Part shown: in pieces, positions 20,459-31,084 of the stretch
Layout of the letters: each line of letters opens with the position of its first letter
Position numbering within the stretch: position 1 is the stretch's first letter
From: Candidatus Poribacteria bacterium
GTDB taxonomy: Bacteria > Poribacteria > WGA-4E > PCPOR2b
Assembly: GCA_965208675.1 (NCBI GenBank)
Contig: OZ242351.1
Location: forward strand, 3,680,001-3,744,000
Direction: 5' to 3'
Length of the DNA: 64,000 bases
Notes under the pieces: model-generated
Seen by the model: only the letters and a program-made list of their open reading frames with translations
Told to the model about the DNA's origin: nothing
Databases searched by the model: none
Program-made: the position numbers and the translations under genes

Positions 20459-20865
20459 ATCCCAAGCTTTGGAATATCGGCTTGAAAATTGACGAGCTAG
20501 ATTCGGAAATCGGTTTTATGAAAGCGATTGGCGCCAAACTCCGGTATCGTGAAACTCGGACCAAGCCAAAGGGAGGGAAATACAATACCGCACTGCTTGA
20601 GTTCGGTGGAACCCGTGCTTTTCTTGTCGATGAACCGGTTTTCGAACACAAACTCAAACATCAACTCACCCCCGGGTTGACCCATATTGTGTTTGAGGTT
20701 GATAACCTTGCAGAAGCCTACCAACGGATAACCAGTCTCGGTGCAAGAGTACTTATCGAGCCAAAACAGGTCAGTGGCGGGTATGGGTCACGCCGCATCG
20801 CCTTTTTCCAATCCCCCAATGGCCTAGTCTTCGAGATGATTCAAATCCTAGAAGCTAAGGTGTGA
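20455..20865 (+). CDS. VOC (glyoxalase/epimerase) family protein
   Basis: GLTHIVFEVDNL and RIAFFQSPNGLVFEM; ATGA overlap with the upstream gene. Confidence 0.85.
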   Translation: MNPKLWNIGLKIDELDSEIGFMKAIGAKLRYRETRTKPKGGKYNTALLEFGGTRAFLVDEPVFEHKLKHQLTPGLTHIVFEVDNLAEAYQRITSLGARVLIEPKQVSGGYGSRRIAFFQSPNGLVFEMIQILEAKV

Positions 20866-20878
20866 AACTACCGCAGGT

Positions 20879-22648
20879 TTATTGTTCCCTTAAACCCATA
20901 CCTTCCGTAGCGGTTAGGAATCGATTTCCCCGGACATTTTCAAATCGCTCTACAAACCCACTGGGCCAGCGAATCTCTACCAAATCTGCCATATCGGACT
21001 GGCCAAGCCCAAAGTGTAATCGCATATCGCTATGCGAAGGGTAACTGCCCCCGCTTTTAACTTCTCTGATTTGTGAATTACCGCCCACCACGACCTTTAT
21101 CCGGGTCCCAATTCCATCGCGGTTACTTTGCACACCAACTGTTGTAAATGAAAGCCAGTGGTTCAGATGAGCGCTGTCATTTCGCAGGAGATTAGGCGGC
21201 TGATGACAATTAGTGACTAAAACATCAATATCTCCATCATTATCATAGTCGCCAAAAGCTGCGCCGCGACTCACCTTCTTCAAAAGCAACCCTTCGCCGG
21301 ATTGATTGGATACATCCTCAAATGTAATATTGCCCGTGTTCCTGAAAAGTTGGTTTTGCTGGGCATAGGTGAGGTTAGGATTGATTAGATGAATGTTATC
21401 GTTCAAGTCTCCCGTGGCGATAAAGAGATCTACCAATCCGTCGTTATCAAAGTCTGCGAAATCTGCTCCCCAAGATAGCCGCATGAGTGTTTGGGCACCG
21501 ATTCCAGAACGATATGTGATATCTGCAAACAGCCCATTCCGATCGCTGCGGTAGACGGCGTTAGGTTCACCGCTGAAATTCGTAACGACGAGATCGAACC
21601 ACCCGTCGTTGTCGATATCGCCAAATACCGGCGCCATGCTGCTATATGCGCTACCGGTTTCATCGACCGCAACCCCGCTAAATAAGGCGACTTCAGTGAA
21701 CACGCCATTGCCCTGATTCCTATAAAGCCAGTCGGCTTCTAAGTCGTTTGCCACAAACAAATCGAGGTCATGGTCGTTATCGTAGTCGCACCAGACAATT
21801 CCCATTCCTTTACCGTTTGGGTTAAACACACCGGCTTGGCGGGTTACGTCCGTGAATGTACCGTCGCCATTGTTTTGGTAAAGTACACTCGGCGTCCCCT
21901 CAAAGTTTTTAGGCGAACAATATGTTCGCACGTTAAACTCACCGCACTGGGGATTGTCCTCCAGTTCAAACGCAACATAATTCGCGACATACAGGTCCAG
22001 GTCACTATCATTATCATAATCGGCAAAAGCAGCAGAAGCTCCCCACAGGGTGTCACCCACTCCTGCCTGAACTGTTACATCAGTGAAGGTGCCATCACGG
22101 TTGTTGTGATAGAGTACGTTTGGGCCAAAATTAGCGACATAAAGATCTGGAAAGCCGTCATTGTCGAAATCTCCCACGGCGCAACTGAAACCATAACTGC
22201 CATCGCCCACTCCTGCCTGAACTGTTACATCTGAGAAGGTGCCATCGCCATTATTGCGATAAAGTGCGTTTGTTGGCGGCACAACGGAGTGCATGCCTGG
22301 TAGGTCTGCCCCGTTCACGAAATAGATGTCTATATCTCCATCCCGATCATAATCGAACCATGCCGCACCAGCTCCAATGGGCTCGAGATAATACTTCGCG
22401 CCGCTGCGTCCATCTTCATGCTTAAATTGAACGCCGGCTTCAGATGTGACCTCGCTAAATTTTAGTTCGGCCCGCGTTGGCAGAACGGAACACCGAAAGA
22501 GCAGAACGCAAATCAAAAAATGTACCGCGGTTTGTAGTATGTACCGCGTAGCAGTTAAAGCAGCGCACGGATGATTTTGTTTCTTCTCCCTCTGTTCCTT
22601 GTGTACACAATTCACAACTGTAACGAATCCTTCCCTTCGTTTCGACAT
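20879..22648 (-). CDS. CRTAC1-family protein (FG-GAP repeats plus ASPIC/UnbV domain)
   Basis: Repeated DYDNDGDxDL / LYxNNGDGTFxDVT motifs; C-terminal SNRDGIG...HFGLG...IRWPSG. Start codon uncertain. Confidence 0.9.
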   Translation of the reverse strand: MSKRREGFVTVVNCVHKEQREKKQNHPCAALTATRYILQTAVHFLICVLLFRCSVLPTRAELKFSEVTSEAGVQFKHEDGRSGAKYYLEPIGAGAAWFDYDRDGDIDIYFVNGADLPGMHSVVPPTNALYRNNGDGTFSDVTVQAGVGDGSYGFSCAVGDFDNDGFPDLYVANFGPNVLYHNNRDGTFTDVTVQAGVGDTLWGASAAFADYDNDSDLDLYVANYVAFELEDNPQCGEFNVRTYCSPKNFEGTPSVLYQNNGDGTFTDVTRQAGVFNPNGKGMGIVWCDYDNDHDLDLFVANDLEADWLYRNQGNGVFTEVALFSGVAVDETGSAYSSMAPVFGDIDNDGWFDLVVTNFSGEPNAVYRSDRNGLFADITYRSGIGAQTLMRLSWGADFADFDNDGLVDLFIATGDLNDNIHLINPNLTYAQQNQLFRNTGNITFEDVSNQSGEGLLLKKVSRGAAFGDYDNDGDIDVLVTNCHQPPNLLRNDSAHLNHWLSFTTVGVQSNRDGIGTRIKVVVGGNSQIREVKSGGSYPSHSDMRLHFGLGQSDMADLVEIRWPSGFVERFENVRGNRFLTATEGMGLREQ

Positions 22649-23179
22649 CTGCCAATTTCGATTTCGTTCTCATGCATCCTTCCATACTTCCTATCTGTTT
22701 TTCGGTGATTGGAGGGGTAAAACCTGCTTCGGCTTTGAGGCGAGATTATAACAATCGTATTCTTAGTTGTCAAGGTATGGTGAGGAGCAAATAATTTGCC
22801 CCTAGGGACGGGTACAGAGTGATGAAACTCCCTTAAAATGGACTTTCTTTTCAGAATGGCATCAGGTATACTTTTATAATAACGTCTTTTCTCCGTTCCT
22901 CTGCAGACTGCATGACTGAGCCACCAAAGCCCTGTGGAGCCCAGATGATGGTATCTTGCGTTTCCTAACAGCCAAGTAAAACAGATTAGCGTCCTGTCTC
23001 GAGAACGTCAAGCAATTCCAAGTCGTAGTGCTTCGCGTGAGATTGAACGAATCGTTAATTCACCTGCCATCAGTATCAAGCGCCTGAATTCTGTTTCTGT
23101 TGTGGCAGAGTCATCTTATAACTGCTTCAACCCGTCGGCGCAGGGGTGAAAGGATTTGTGAATCTTGAAGGTCTGGCGA

Positions 23180-24535
23180 ATGAAGAGAACACAATTGCGA
23201 GCTGTCGTGCTAACGTGGACGGTGGTAGGACTTTTCGTTGGTTCGACGATCTCAGAAGCGAGTGTAGCATACATTATTCAGGAAGGAAATACGATGGCCA
23301 AGACCAGGATTAAAGTCGCACGATCGCCTAATCTCCTAGATAACCGTATTGGCGGGGATTACGGCAGCGATCCCAATGTAACCGAACACATCTTTGATTT
23401 AGGACTCAAATGGGTTCGACTGGGATTCTGGAACAGCGGACTTAACTGGCAACGGGTTCGCAGGGCGCCGGGAAGCTATGCAATCGACACAGCGCCGGAT
23501 AATTTTGTGACCGATCTCGCTGAAGGCGGTATAACGGTTGTAATGACGATGAGTGTAGGCGATGGTCGGTCGCGCGGGGACGATATGTGGCGAATAACAC
23601 CGTCAGCACTGGACGACTACCGAGAATACGTGCGAACGCTCGTTCAACACTTCAAAGACCGCGTCCAGTATTTCGAGATTTGGAACGAACCAGATACCGG
23701 TACTAATTGGGGCCGCATTCCTCCAATTGACTATGCGAGACTTGTTAGGCATGTTGCTCCGGTGATACGCAAAGAGGCGCCAGAAGCCAAGATTGTCATC
23801 GGCGCAATCGGCGGCTGGTGGCAGCCGAAATTCCCTGGATATGGGGACGCAAGCCGCTACACGCTTCACCGAGAATACTTGGAAGAAGTGCTCTGCTCCG
23901 GCATTGCTCCGCTCGTTGATGTAATCTCTTGGCATCCGTTTTACGGACATCGACCGGACGATCCTTACTACCAGAATTACACTAAGATGGTTGGGGAAAT
24001 ACGGCGTCTGGCGGCCGTTCAGGGATTTAAAGGGGAATACCTTGTAGAAGAAGCGTTATGGCGTGTCGAGAGCGCCGATGAACCACAGGGGCCAGTGTCC
24101 GCCATAGTTTCCGCCAAATACATCGCACGTACCATAGTAATGCACCGGGGCCTTGACATGACGGTAACCGTAAGCGGCATGTTTCCGGGCAAATGCCCCG
24201 ACGTGACGCGGCGCCTGTGCACAATCCTTGCGGGTGCTGAAGCGGATGATTTCCCGGTTGTGTTGCATACCGAGTCGTCTGAGGTTGTCTATTACGGATT
24301 TCAACTGCCAAATGGCGATCGACTGATAGCCCTGTGGTCAAATGGAGTAGCGGTGGACGACGACTCCGGCATAGTTGCCGATATTACGTGCCAGGTGGCT
24401 GTTAGCGGCGCAATCGGGTTGGACGTGCTGCACGGATACCAACAAGACTTGGATATTGAAAGCGGGGTAAAAAACACTCGAATTCGCGGTTTGTATGTAC
24501 CCGATTATCCGATGCTCATCCGGCTGCAAAGATAA
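23180..24535 (+). CDS. Secreted clan GH-A glycoside hydrolase (GH5/GH39-like)
   Basis: Signal-like N-terminus, LGLKWVRL, YFEIWNEPD acid/base motif, DVISWHP, YLVEE nucleophile region. Confidence 0.75.
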   Translation: MKRTQLRAVVLTWTVVGLFVGSTISEASVAYIIQEGNTMAKTRIKVARSPNLLDNRIGGDYGSDPNVTEHIFDLGLKWVRLGFWNSGLNWQRVRRAPGSYAIDTAPDNFVTDLAEGGITVVMTMSVGDGRSRGDDMWRITPSALDDYREYVRTLVQHFKDRVQYFEIWNEPDTGTNWGRIPPIDYARLVRHVAPVIRKEAPEAKIVIGAIGGWWQPKFPGYGDASRYTLHREYLEEVLCSGIAPLVDVISWHPFYGHRPDDPYYQNYTKMVGEIRRLAAVQGFKGEYLVEEALWRVESADEPQGPVSAIVSAKYIARTIVMHRGLDMTVTVSGMFPGKCPDVTRRLCTILAGAEADDFPVVLHTESSEVVYYGFQLPNGDRLIALWSNGVAVDDDSGIVADITCQVAVSGAIGLDVLHGYQQDLDIESGVKNTRIRGLYVPDYPMLIRLQR

Positions 24536-24799
24536 CAGGGTTTCCGTCGCACGTTTAGACATTTTTAGGACGATAGTTTTATTCAACAGTAGGTGAAGTT
24601 CTTTACCTTTCCTTCTGACATTGTAATTCCTCATCCGATGCCGTATCAGTCTGCGATCGAATCGTGGTTACATCCCTGTATTGTCGAAAAATGGATCCAC
24701 CATTGTTTTACTCATTTCCCATTGGCGGAGCTGAACAGTCTTCAGCTAGCCACGGAAATCTATTGACAACTCGTAAGGATTTGTGTTACTGTTACCCAC

Positions 24800-24925
24800 G
24801 TTGCTACCTACCGAAAGTTCCTGACATTCTTGGGCGTTTCTTTTGTCCTAGCTGTGTACCGATTTGATGGCATTAACCGAACTGGGTCGGACATGCAGAA
24901 TAGTCTACTTTTAGGAAGTTGCAAC
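24800..24925 (+). ncRNA. Candidate structured RNA or leader upstream of the aminotransferase
   Basis: Nested complementary segments GTTGC/GCAAC, CCTA/TAGG, AAAGT/ACTTT, GACATTCT/AGAATAGTC, CCGATTTG/TGGGTCGG. Preceded by TTGACA-N18-TACTGT. Confidence 0.35.
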
Positions 24926-25020
24926 CTGATATATAAAGGGAAATGTCGGTTTTACAAACAGCGAAAGCGGCTTCGATTCGGAGTCTCGCCTAACTTCGAC
25001 AAAGATGGGAGTCTTATTGG

Positions 25021-26199
25021 ATGGACACGTCCGATTTCAAAAACGATTCACAACAAATTCCCAACCGCCTTCTATTGGGGCCCGGACCTAGCAACACGCC
25101 GCCGCGCGTCCTTTCAGCTATGAGCCAACCCATGCTCGGATATTTGGATCCTGTGTTTTTAAGTTTGATGGATGAGACCATGGAGTTGCTCCGCGGCGTG
25201 TTTGGCACAGAAAATCAGTTGACGTTCCCAGTGTCAGCAACAGGGAGTGCTGGCATGGAAGCTACCTTGTGCAATCTGATTGAACCGGGTGATGAAATCA
25301 TCGTTTGCGTCAACGGTTTTTTTGGCGCACGAATTGCAGATATTGTGAAACGATGCAGGGGAAAACTGCACGTTGTTGAAGGGGATTGGGGAAGCATTAT
25401 TGACCCTGAAGATGTTGAAAACAAGCTAAATGCAGTGAACGCTAAGATTGTGTGCATTGTTCATGCAGAAACGTCCACGGGTGTCTTACAACCGTTGGGC
25501 GATATTTCCGCCATGGCAAAACACAATGATGCTCTCTTACTCGTAGACTGCGTGACTTCATTGGGCGGAGTTCCTGTCAATCTGGATGCGTCAGGTATTG
25601 ATGTAGCTTATAGCTGTACACAAAAATGCCTGGGCGGGCCGCCAGGACTTTCACCGGTAAGCTTTAGCGATCGAGCGGTCGAGATCATACACAAACGGAA
25701 AACAGAGATACAGAGTTTTTACCTTGATATGCGGCTGATTTCTAACTACTGGGGCAAAGAGCGGATTTACCACCATACCGCACCTATTTCCATGAACTAC
25801 GCCATCAATGAAGCACTGAAACTAGTTGAAGAAGAGGGGCTAACTCAGCGATACCACCGCCATCAATTGCATTCGCAGGCACTAGCGGCTGGATTGGAAT
25901 CAATCGGTATTGAGCGGATTGCGCAAGAGGGGTACCGTGCCCCAATGCTGACTTCGGTATCTATCCCCGAAGGTGTAGATGATGCCGACATCCGTCGCCG
26001 GTTGCTGCAAGAATACAATATTGAGATTGGCGGTGGACTCGGCGTTTTCAAAGGAAAAGCGTGGCGAATCGGGCTCATGGGTGAGTCTTGCCGCAAAGAG
26101 AGTGTCATTCGTCTACTCGCCGCACTTGGACACCTATTACCGGGCGTTTCACAGTTGGCAGGTGTTGAAGCGGCCGAAGAAGTTTACGCCTCCGAATAA
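25021..26199 (+). CDS. Alanine--glyoxylate/serine--pyruvate aminotransferase (class V PLP)
   Basis: LLLGPGPS, TGSAGME, HAETSTG, DCVTSLGG, SCTQKCLGGPPG, YHHT, WRIGLMG. Confidence 0.95.
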   Translation: MDTSDFKNDSQQIPNRLLLGPGPSNTPPRVLSAMSQPMLGYLDPVFLSLMDETMELLRGVFGTENQLTFPVSATGSAGMEATLCNLIEPGDEIIVCVNGFFGARIADIVKRCRGKLHVVEGDWGSIIDPEDVENKLNAVNAKIVCIVHAETSTGVLQPLGDISAMAKHNDALLLVDCVTSLGGVPVNLDASGIDVAYSCTQKCLGGPPGLSPVSFSDRAVEIIHKRKTEIQSFYLDMRLISNYWGKERIYHHTAPISMNYAINEALKLVEEEGLTQRYHRHQLHSQALAAGLESIGIERIAQEGYRAPMLTSVSIPEGVDDADIRRRLLQEYNIEIGGGLGVFKGKAWRIGLMGESCRKESVIRLLAALGHLLPGVSQLAGVEAAEEVYASE

Positions 26200-26440
26200 T
26201 TCCGCAAAAATTTCCCTTATGGATTCTTGTGCTACTTACTACTTTCCATTAGGCGCAGCGATCTGCTATCCGCGCCAAGCGTTTACACAAAACGGATAAT
26301 GTAAGGTGAGCGCGGAAGATTATACAGATTCCAAACGCTCATAAACGACATCCATTGGAGGCGTAACACTCCGTACAATCACTTTGTCAGACTTAATATG
26401 AATCCGTTTGTGACGAAAATTGCGTTTGCCGGCGATATAA

Positions 26441-27040
26441 ATGAACCGGGTACCGATACAACCATTTGAGCGATTTCTTCAACAACAGGGTTATCAACGT
26501 ATTGCGGGGGTCGACGAAGCTGGGCGAGGTGCTTTAGCGGGGCCAGTCGTTGCTTCCGCCGTTGTCCTTCCGTTCAACTGTTCCATCCCAGGGCTGACGG
26601 ATTCAAAACAGTTGACACCCAAGCAACGCGACGATTTGTTTATTGAAATTGAGAAATCAGCGGTGGCTGTCAGTGTCGGCTGCGTAGGAAATGAAGAAAT
26701 CGATCGAGTGAATATTCTCCAAGCAACACTGATAGCAATGAGTAAAGCCATCGAACGTATTTCCCCTTTACCCGATTTTGTTCTCGTTGATGGCACACAA
26801 CTTCCTCCCATCTCCGTTCGCGCTCACGCCATTCCAAAGGGAGATTGTCTCTACCAATCAATTGCCGCGGCATCTATCATCGCAAAAGTTAAACGAGACC
26901 GCTTCATGATTGAGTTAGGCGAGGTTTATCCACACTACGGATTTCAACGGCACAAAGGATACGGCACAAGGCAGCATCGGCAGGCAATTTCTAAAGTTGG
27001 GGTGTGTCCAATACATCGGCGTAGTTTTAAACTTCAGTAA
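26441..27040 (+). CDS. rnhB: Ribonuclease HII
   Basis: IAGVDEAGRGALAGPV, DSKQL, IAAASIIAKV, HKGYGT. Confidence 0.97.
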   Translation: MNRVPIQPFERFLQQQGYQRIAGVDEAGRGALAGPVVASAVVLPFNCSIPGLTDSKQLTPKQRDDLFIEIEKSAVAVSVGCVGNEEIDRVNILQATLIAMSKAIERISPLPDFVLVDGTQLPPISVRAHAIPKGDCLYQSIAAASIIAKVKRDRFMIELGEVYPHYGFQRHKGYGTRQHRQAISKVGVCPIHRRSFKLQ

Positions 27041-27041
27041 C

Positions 27042-27422
27042 ATGAGCAACTCGAACATAAAGATTGGCAAGATTGGCGAAGCGTTTGCCGTCGATTATCT
27101 TAAGGCACAGGACTATTGGATACTTGAGCGGAATTACCGCCTGCGTTTCGGTGAAATTGACCTCATCGCTCGCCAAGGGAGGCGAACCGTATTCATTGAA
27201 GTCAAGACACGACGAAGTCTCAAGTTTGGCGCACCGCAGACCGCCGTGACGCCAACCAAGCAAAAGCAGATTTCGAAGGTCGCATTGAGTTACTTGCAAG
27301 AACGCAATCTTTTGGATGCCGCTTGCCGATTCGATGTGATTGCAGTATACCTCTCGTTAAAATGCGAGCTTATCGATCTCCAACACATTGAAAATGCATT
27401 TGAGTTTCGTGCAAATGCTTGA
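27042..27422 (+). CDS. yraN: YraN-family putative endonuclease
   Basis: GEIDLIA, FIEVKTR, RFDVI; usual position after rnhB. Confidence 0.9.
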   Translation: MSNSNIKIGKIGEAFAVDYLKAQDYWILERNYRLRFGEIDLIARQGRRTVFIEVKTRRSLKFGAPQTAVTPTKQKQISKVALSYLQERNLLDAACRFDVIAVYLSLKCELIDLQHIENAFEFRANA

Positions 27423-27466
27423 TGCTTTGTCATCAACAGCGTGGGTAAAACATAGAAAGGCAGTGG

Positions 27467-28153
27467 TTGATGCAAGCTATTATTTTATGCGGAGGACTTT
27501 CAACACGGCTTGGTAACATAACAAAAAGGGTACCGAAAATCCTACTGGACATACGCGGGCGGACGGTGCTTGAATGGCAAATTGAACTATTGAAGCAAGC
27601 GGGCGTGGGTGAAGTCATCCTTGCATCAGGGCACTTGCATGATACACTGGTTAAAGCAGTGGGAGCGAGGTGCAATGGTGTGTCTATGCAATACGCCAAA
27701 GAGGAAACAAGGTTGGACACGGGCGGCGCAATTAAACATGCAATGCAGTATATTTGCACGTCGCCCTTTTTTGTATTGAATGGCGATGTGTTGTTGGAAG
27801 ATTTTGCTCTATCTGCGATGTTGAACTGCTTTCAACGAGAGACAGTGGGCGTATTACTTGGTGTGTTGGTCGAGGACGTCAGTACTTACGGCGAGATTGA
27901 TTCGGACGATCGGAATAGGATTACAGGATTCCGTGAAAAGCAACGGATTCAGCGGTCTGGTTTTATCAACGCAGGCGTGTATCTATTCAACCAGTCAATG
28001 GCAAAATACTTCCCCAATCAAGACGTGTTTTCTATTGAGAAAGATGTCTTTCCTTACGTGCAAAATCTTTATGTGCATAAAGCGGCAATCAATTGGATTG
28101 ATGTCGGCGATCCAAAACGCCTTGCGTACGCCCGCGAGTGCTTTGGTACGTAA
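27467..28153 (+). CDS. Sugar-phosphate nucleotidyltransferase
   Basis: AIILCGGLSTRL...PK, LDTGG, VLNGD, INAGVY, WIDVG. Confidence 0.9.
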   Translation: MMQAIILCGGLSTRLGNITKRVPKILLDIRGRTVLEWQIELLKQAGVGEVILASGHLHDTLVKAVGARCNGVSMQYAKEETRLDTGGAIKHAMQYICTSPFFVLNGDVLLEDFALSAMLNCFQRETVGVLLGVLVEDVSTYGEIDSDDRNRITGFREKQRIQRSGFINAGVYLFNQSMAKYFPNQDVFSIEKDVFPYVQNLYVHKAAINWIDVGDPKRLAYARECFGT

Positions 28154-28301
28154 GCCGTCGCGTTGAATTTAGGTTGACTATTTTTTGCCCGAAAACACCT
28201 ACAAAAATGTATTTCAACGGAAAAACCGATTGGTGCAGTTTTTTCGTAAATTCTGATTTAACACGAATTAATTTTGATTTTCAAACTTACTGGAGGAATT
28301 T

Positions 28302-30779
28302 ATGAATCTCAGACTTTTCGTAGCATTTTCAATGCTTGTATTGTTTGCGTTTTCCCTTAAAGCAGAAGAGACGACAACCTCTATAGAGCTAGAAGAGATT
28401 ATCACCGTTGGTACGCGAGTTCCGGAGCGGAGTAGGCTCGATTCACCAGTACCGGTTGATGTCATTAACGAAGACGCAATCCGGAAGACCGGACATACCG
28501 AAGTGGGCCGCGTACTACAGACATTGGCACCGTCATTCAACTTTTCGAGTTCATCAATTAGCGACGGTACTGATGCGCTGCGGCCGGCGACACTTAGAGG
28601 ATTGGGCCCCGATCAGGTACTAGTGCTAGTGAACGGAAAACGGCGTCACGGAAGTGCATTAATTCACGTAAACACTTCTGTCGGCCGTGGTACGGCGGGC
28701 GTGGACATGAATGCGATTCCCACTAGTGCCATCAAACGAATCGAGATATTGCGCGATGGTGCGTCGGCGCAGTACGGTTCAGATGCACTTGCTGGAGTCA
28801 TCAACATAGTGCTAAAAAATGACTACGAGGGAGGATTAGGTTACTCTTACGGCTCTACTTACGCCGGCGACGGTGAAACGTTCTCACTGAACGCCCATAA
28901 AGGGTTTAAATTCGGAAGTGATGGTACTATTCACGGCGCAATTGAATACCGAGACAGACAACCAACTAACCGTGCTGGCTTGTCGGGGGTGATTCAGTAT
29001 CCCGGCAGCGAAGTTAAAGAGGGTAGTCCCGTCCAGCTAGTCAATGACGCTGGTAACAAAGAGCATGGCTTTGACCGTCAAAATTTCCGTATCGGTGATG
29101 CGGAATCTCGGCAAGGCGCCTTAGTTTTGAACTTGGACAAGCCGATTGACAGCATTTGGCAAGGCGCCGCCTTCTACAGTTTCCTTGATTATTCAAATCG
29201 ACAGAACACCAGCGCAGGATTCTACCGAAGAGCCAATCAACTTGACCGTAACCCGGAAGGATCGGACTATCCCGATGGATTCCTTCCGTTAATCAACACA
29301 AGCGTACTTGATTACTCTATTGGGGTCGGAATCAAGCAGAAGTTCAACAGCGGTCTACTGATGGATGCGAGCGTTGTCACGGGCGGCAATAGCTTCGCGT
29401 TCAACATCAGCAATTCACACAACGCCTCGCTTGTCGCTGCGGACGGTTCTAGCCCATCATCGGCGGACGCAGGCGACCTGCGGTTATTCCTCAACACAGT
29501 TGACCTCGATTTTTCACTTCCGACCGACTGGGGAAACGTTGCCGTCGGCGGCGGATTTCGGAACGACATCTACCAAATCACGGCAGGTGAGGAAGTTTCT
29601 TACAAGGATTATGACGGTCCCGGCGGCGCCTCAGGCGGAATCCAAGTTTTCCCTGGCTTCCAGCCCTCAAATGAGGTGAATGAACTGCGTACGGCATTCG
29701 CATTCTACACGGATGTAGAGCTAAATCCCATCGAATCGGTGTTCATCAATCCTGCGGGACGGGTTGAGAACTATAGTGACTTTGGCTCTACCGTCAACGG
29801 CAAGCTGGCGTTGCGTTATGAACCGATTGAAGAGTTAGCACTGCGTGGTTCAGCAAGTACGGGATTTCGCGCACCCTCTATGCAGCAACTGTATTTCAAC
29901 AACGTAAGCACACAATTCAACACCGTTGACGGCCAGTCTGTCGCCCAAGAAATTGGCACATTCCGAAACGACAGCGATATCGCAAAAGCTGTCGGAATTC
30001 CTGAGTTGACGGAAGAGACCGCGGTGAATGTCAGCAGCGGATTCATCCTTCGTCCACTGCCGCGATTGACGCTTACGGCAGATGTTTAGCGGGCAACCAT
30101 TAGCGACCGCATCATCATTAGTGGTCGCTTGGCGAGCGGCAATGAAGGGATTCCGTCAGAAATTAGAAAGAGTCTCGCCGATTCGGGCGTTGCAGGCGCG
30201 CAATTCTTTATGAACGCAGCCGATACTCAAACACAAGGCGTAGATGTTGTGGCGTCCTATACATACCCGGTATTCGAGCAAGGGCGACTCTTACTGAGCT
30301 TCGCCGCAAACTATACGGAAACGGAGATTACCGGCGTAAATCTTCCCGCGAATCTCCCTGAATCTCTCTTCACTGAGCAAGACCGCTCCATCATTGAGAC
30401 GTGGCAACCGAAAGACAGGGTTTCTATGTCAACCCGATATACGAACGGTTCTCTAGAGGTGGACTACGCAGTCCATCGGTATGGTGAATACACCGTGATT
30501 GATGGCGGTAAGAGCCAAACTTTTACACCGAAGTATCTTACCGACATTCAAGTTAGTTACGGGTTGGGCGAGTACGGCCGAATCAAAATTGGAGCGAATA
30601 ACCTGTTCAGCGTCACCCCGGATGAAAACCATATTGGTCAATCGAGAGGCGGGAAAATCGTGGATCCGTGGGGTAACGTAATTGTTGATTCGCCGGGTGT
30701 ATTTACCTATTCGCGGCGTTCTGCACCGTTTGGTTTCAACGGCGGGTTGTATTATGTCGGCTGGGAGAATACGTTTTAA
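28302..30779 (+). pseudogene. TonB-dependent receptor interrupted by one in-frame TAG (30087-30089)
   Basis: Signal peptide, EEIITVGTR TonB box, plug LRGLGPDQVLVLVNGKR and IEILRDGASAQYGSDA. The frame continues after the TAG to GANNLF...WENTF (terminal Phe). Confidence 0.85.
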
Positions 30780-31084
30780 GCGCAATCTGTCGTTCGACCC
30801 GAATCGTGCAATTCGGTCGAGGCGGGGTAGATCCTGCAGTAACCAACTAGTCTGAAAGAACACGCATTAAGTGTCTGTTTGACGCGTCTTAATCCACCCT
30901 TGAAAAGCTATTTTGTGGCAAAAGTTTTGAAGATTGAATTTTTTTGAGTATCGATTGACCAAAATAATAAACAGCTTTTCCTCCTCGGTATTGGGACGCA
31001 ACACTTGAAGTTTTACGTTGCACGCGAACTTGAGGTGCTTCTGCCGACGCATAAGATTTTGGGTGAAACGGATTTGGAGAAAAT

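Noticed and set aside
15075-23156. Short shared motif CTTTCACCCCTGC near 15078 and, inverted, near 23140
   Set aside because: Too short to separate a decayed REP from chance.
28160-28300. Cobalamin/TPP riboswitch or sigma54 promoter before the TonB receptor
   Set aside because: No riboswitch core motifs, and TTGGTGCAGTTTTTTCG lacks the -12 GC.
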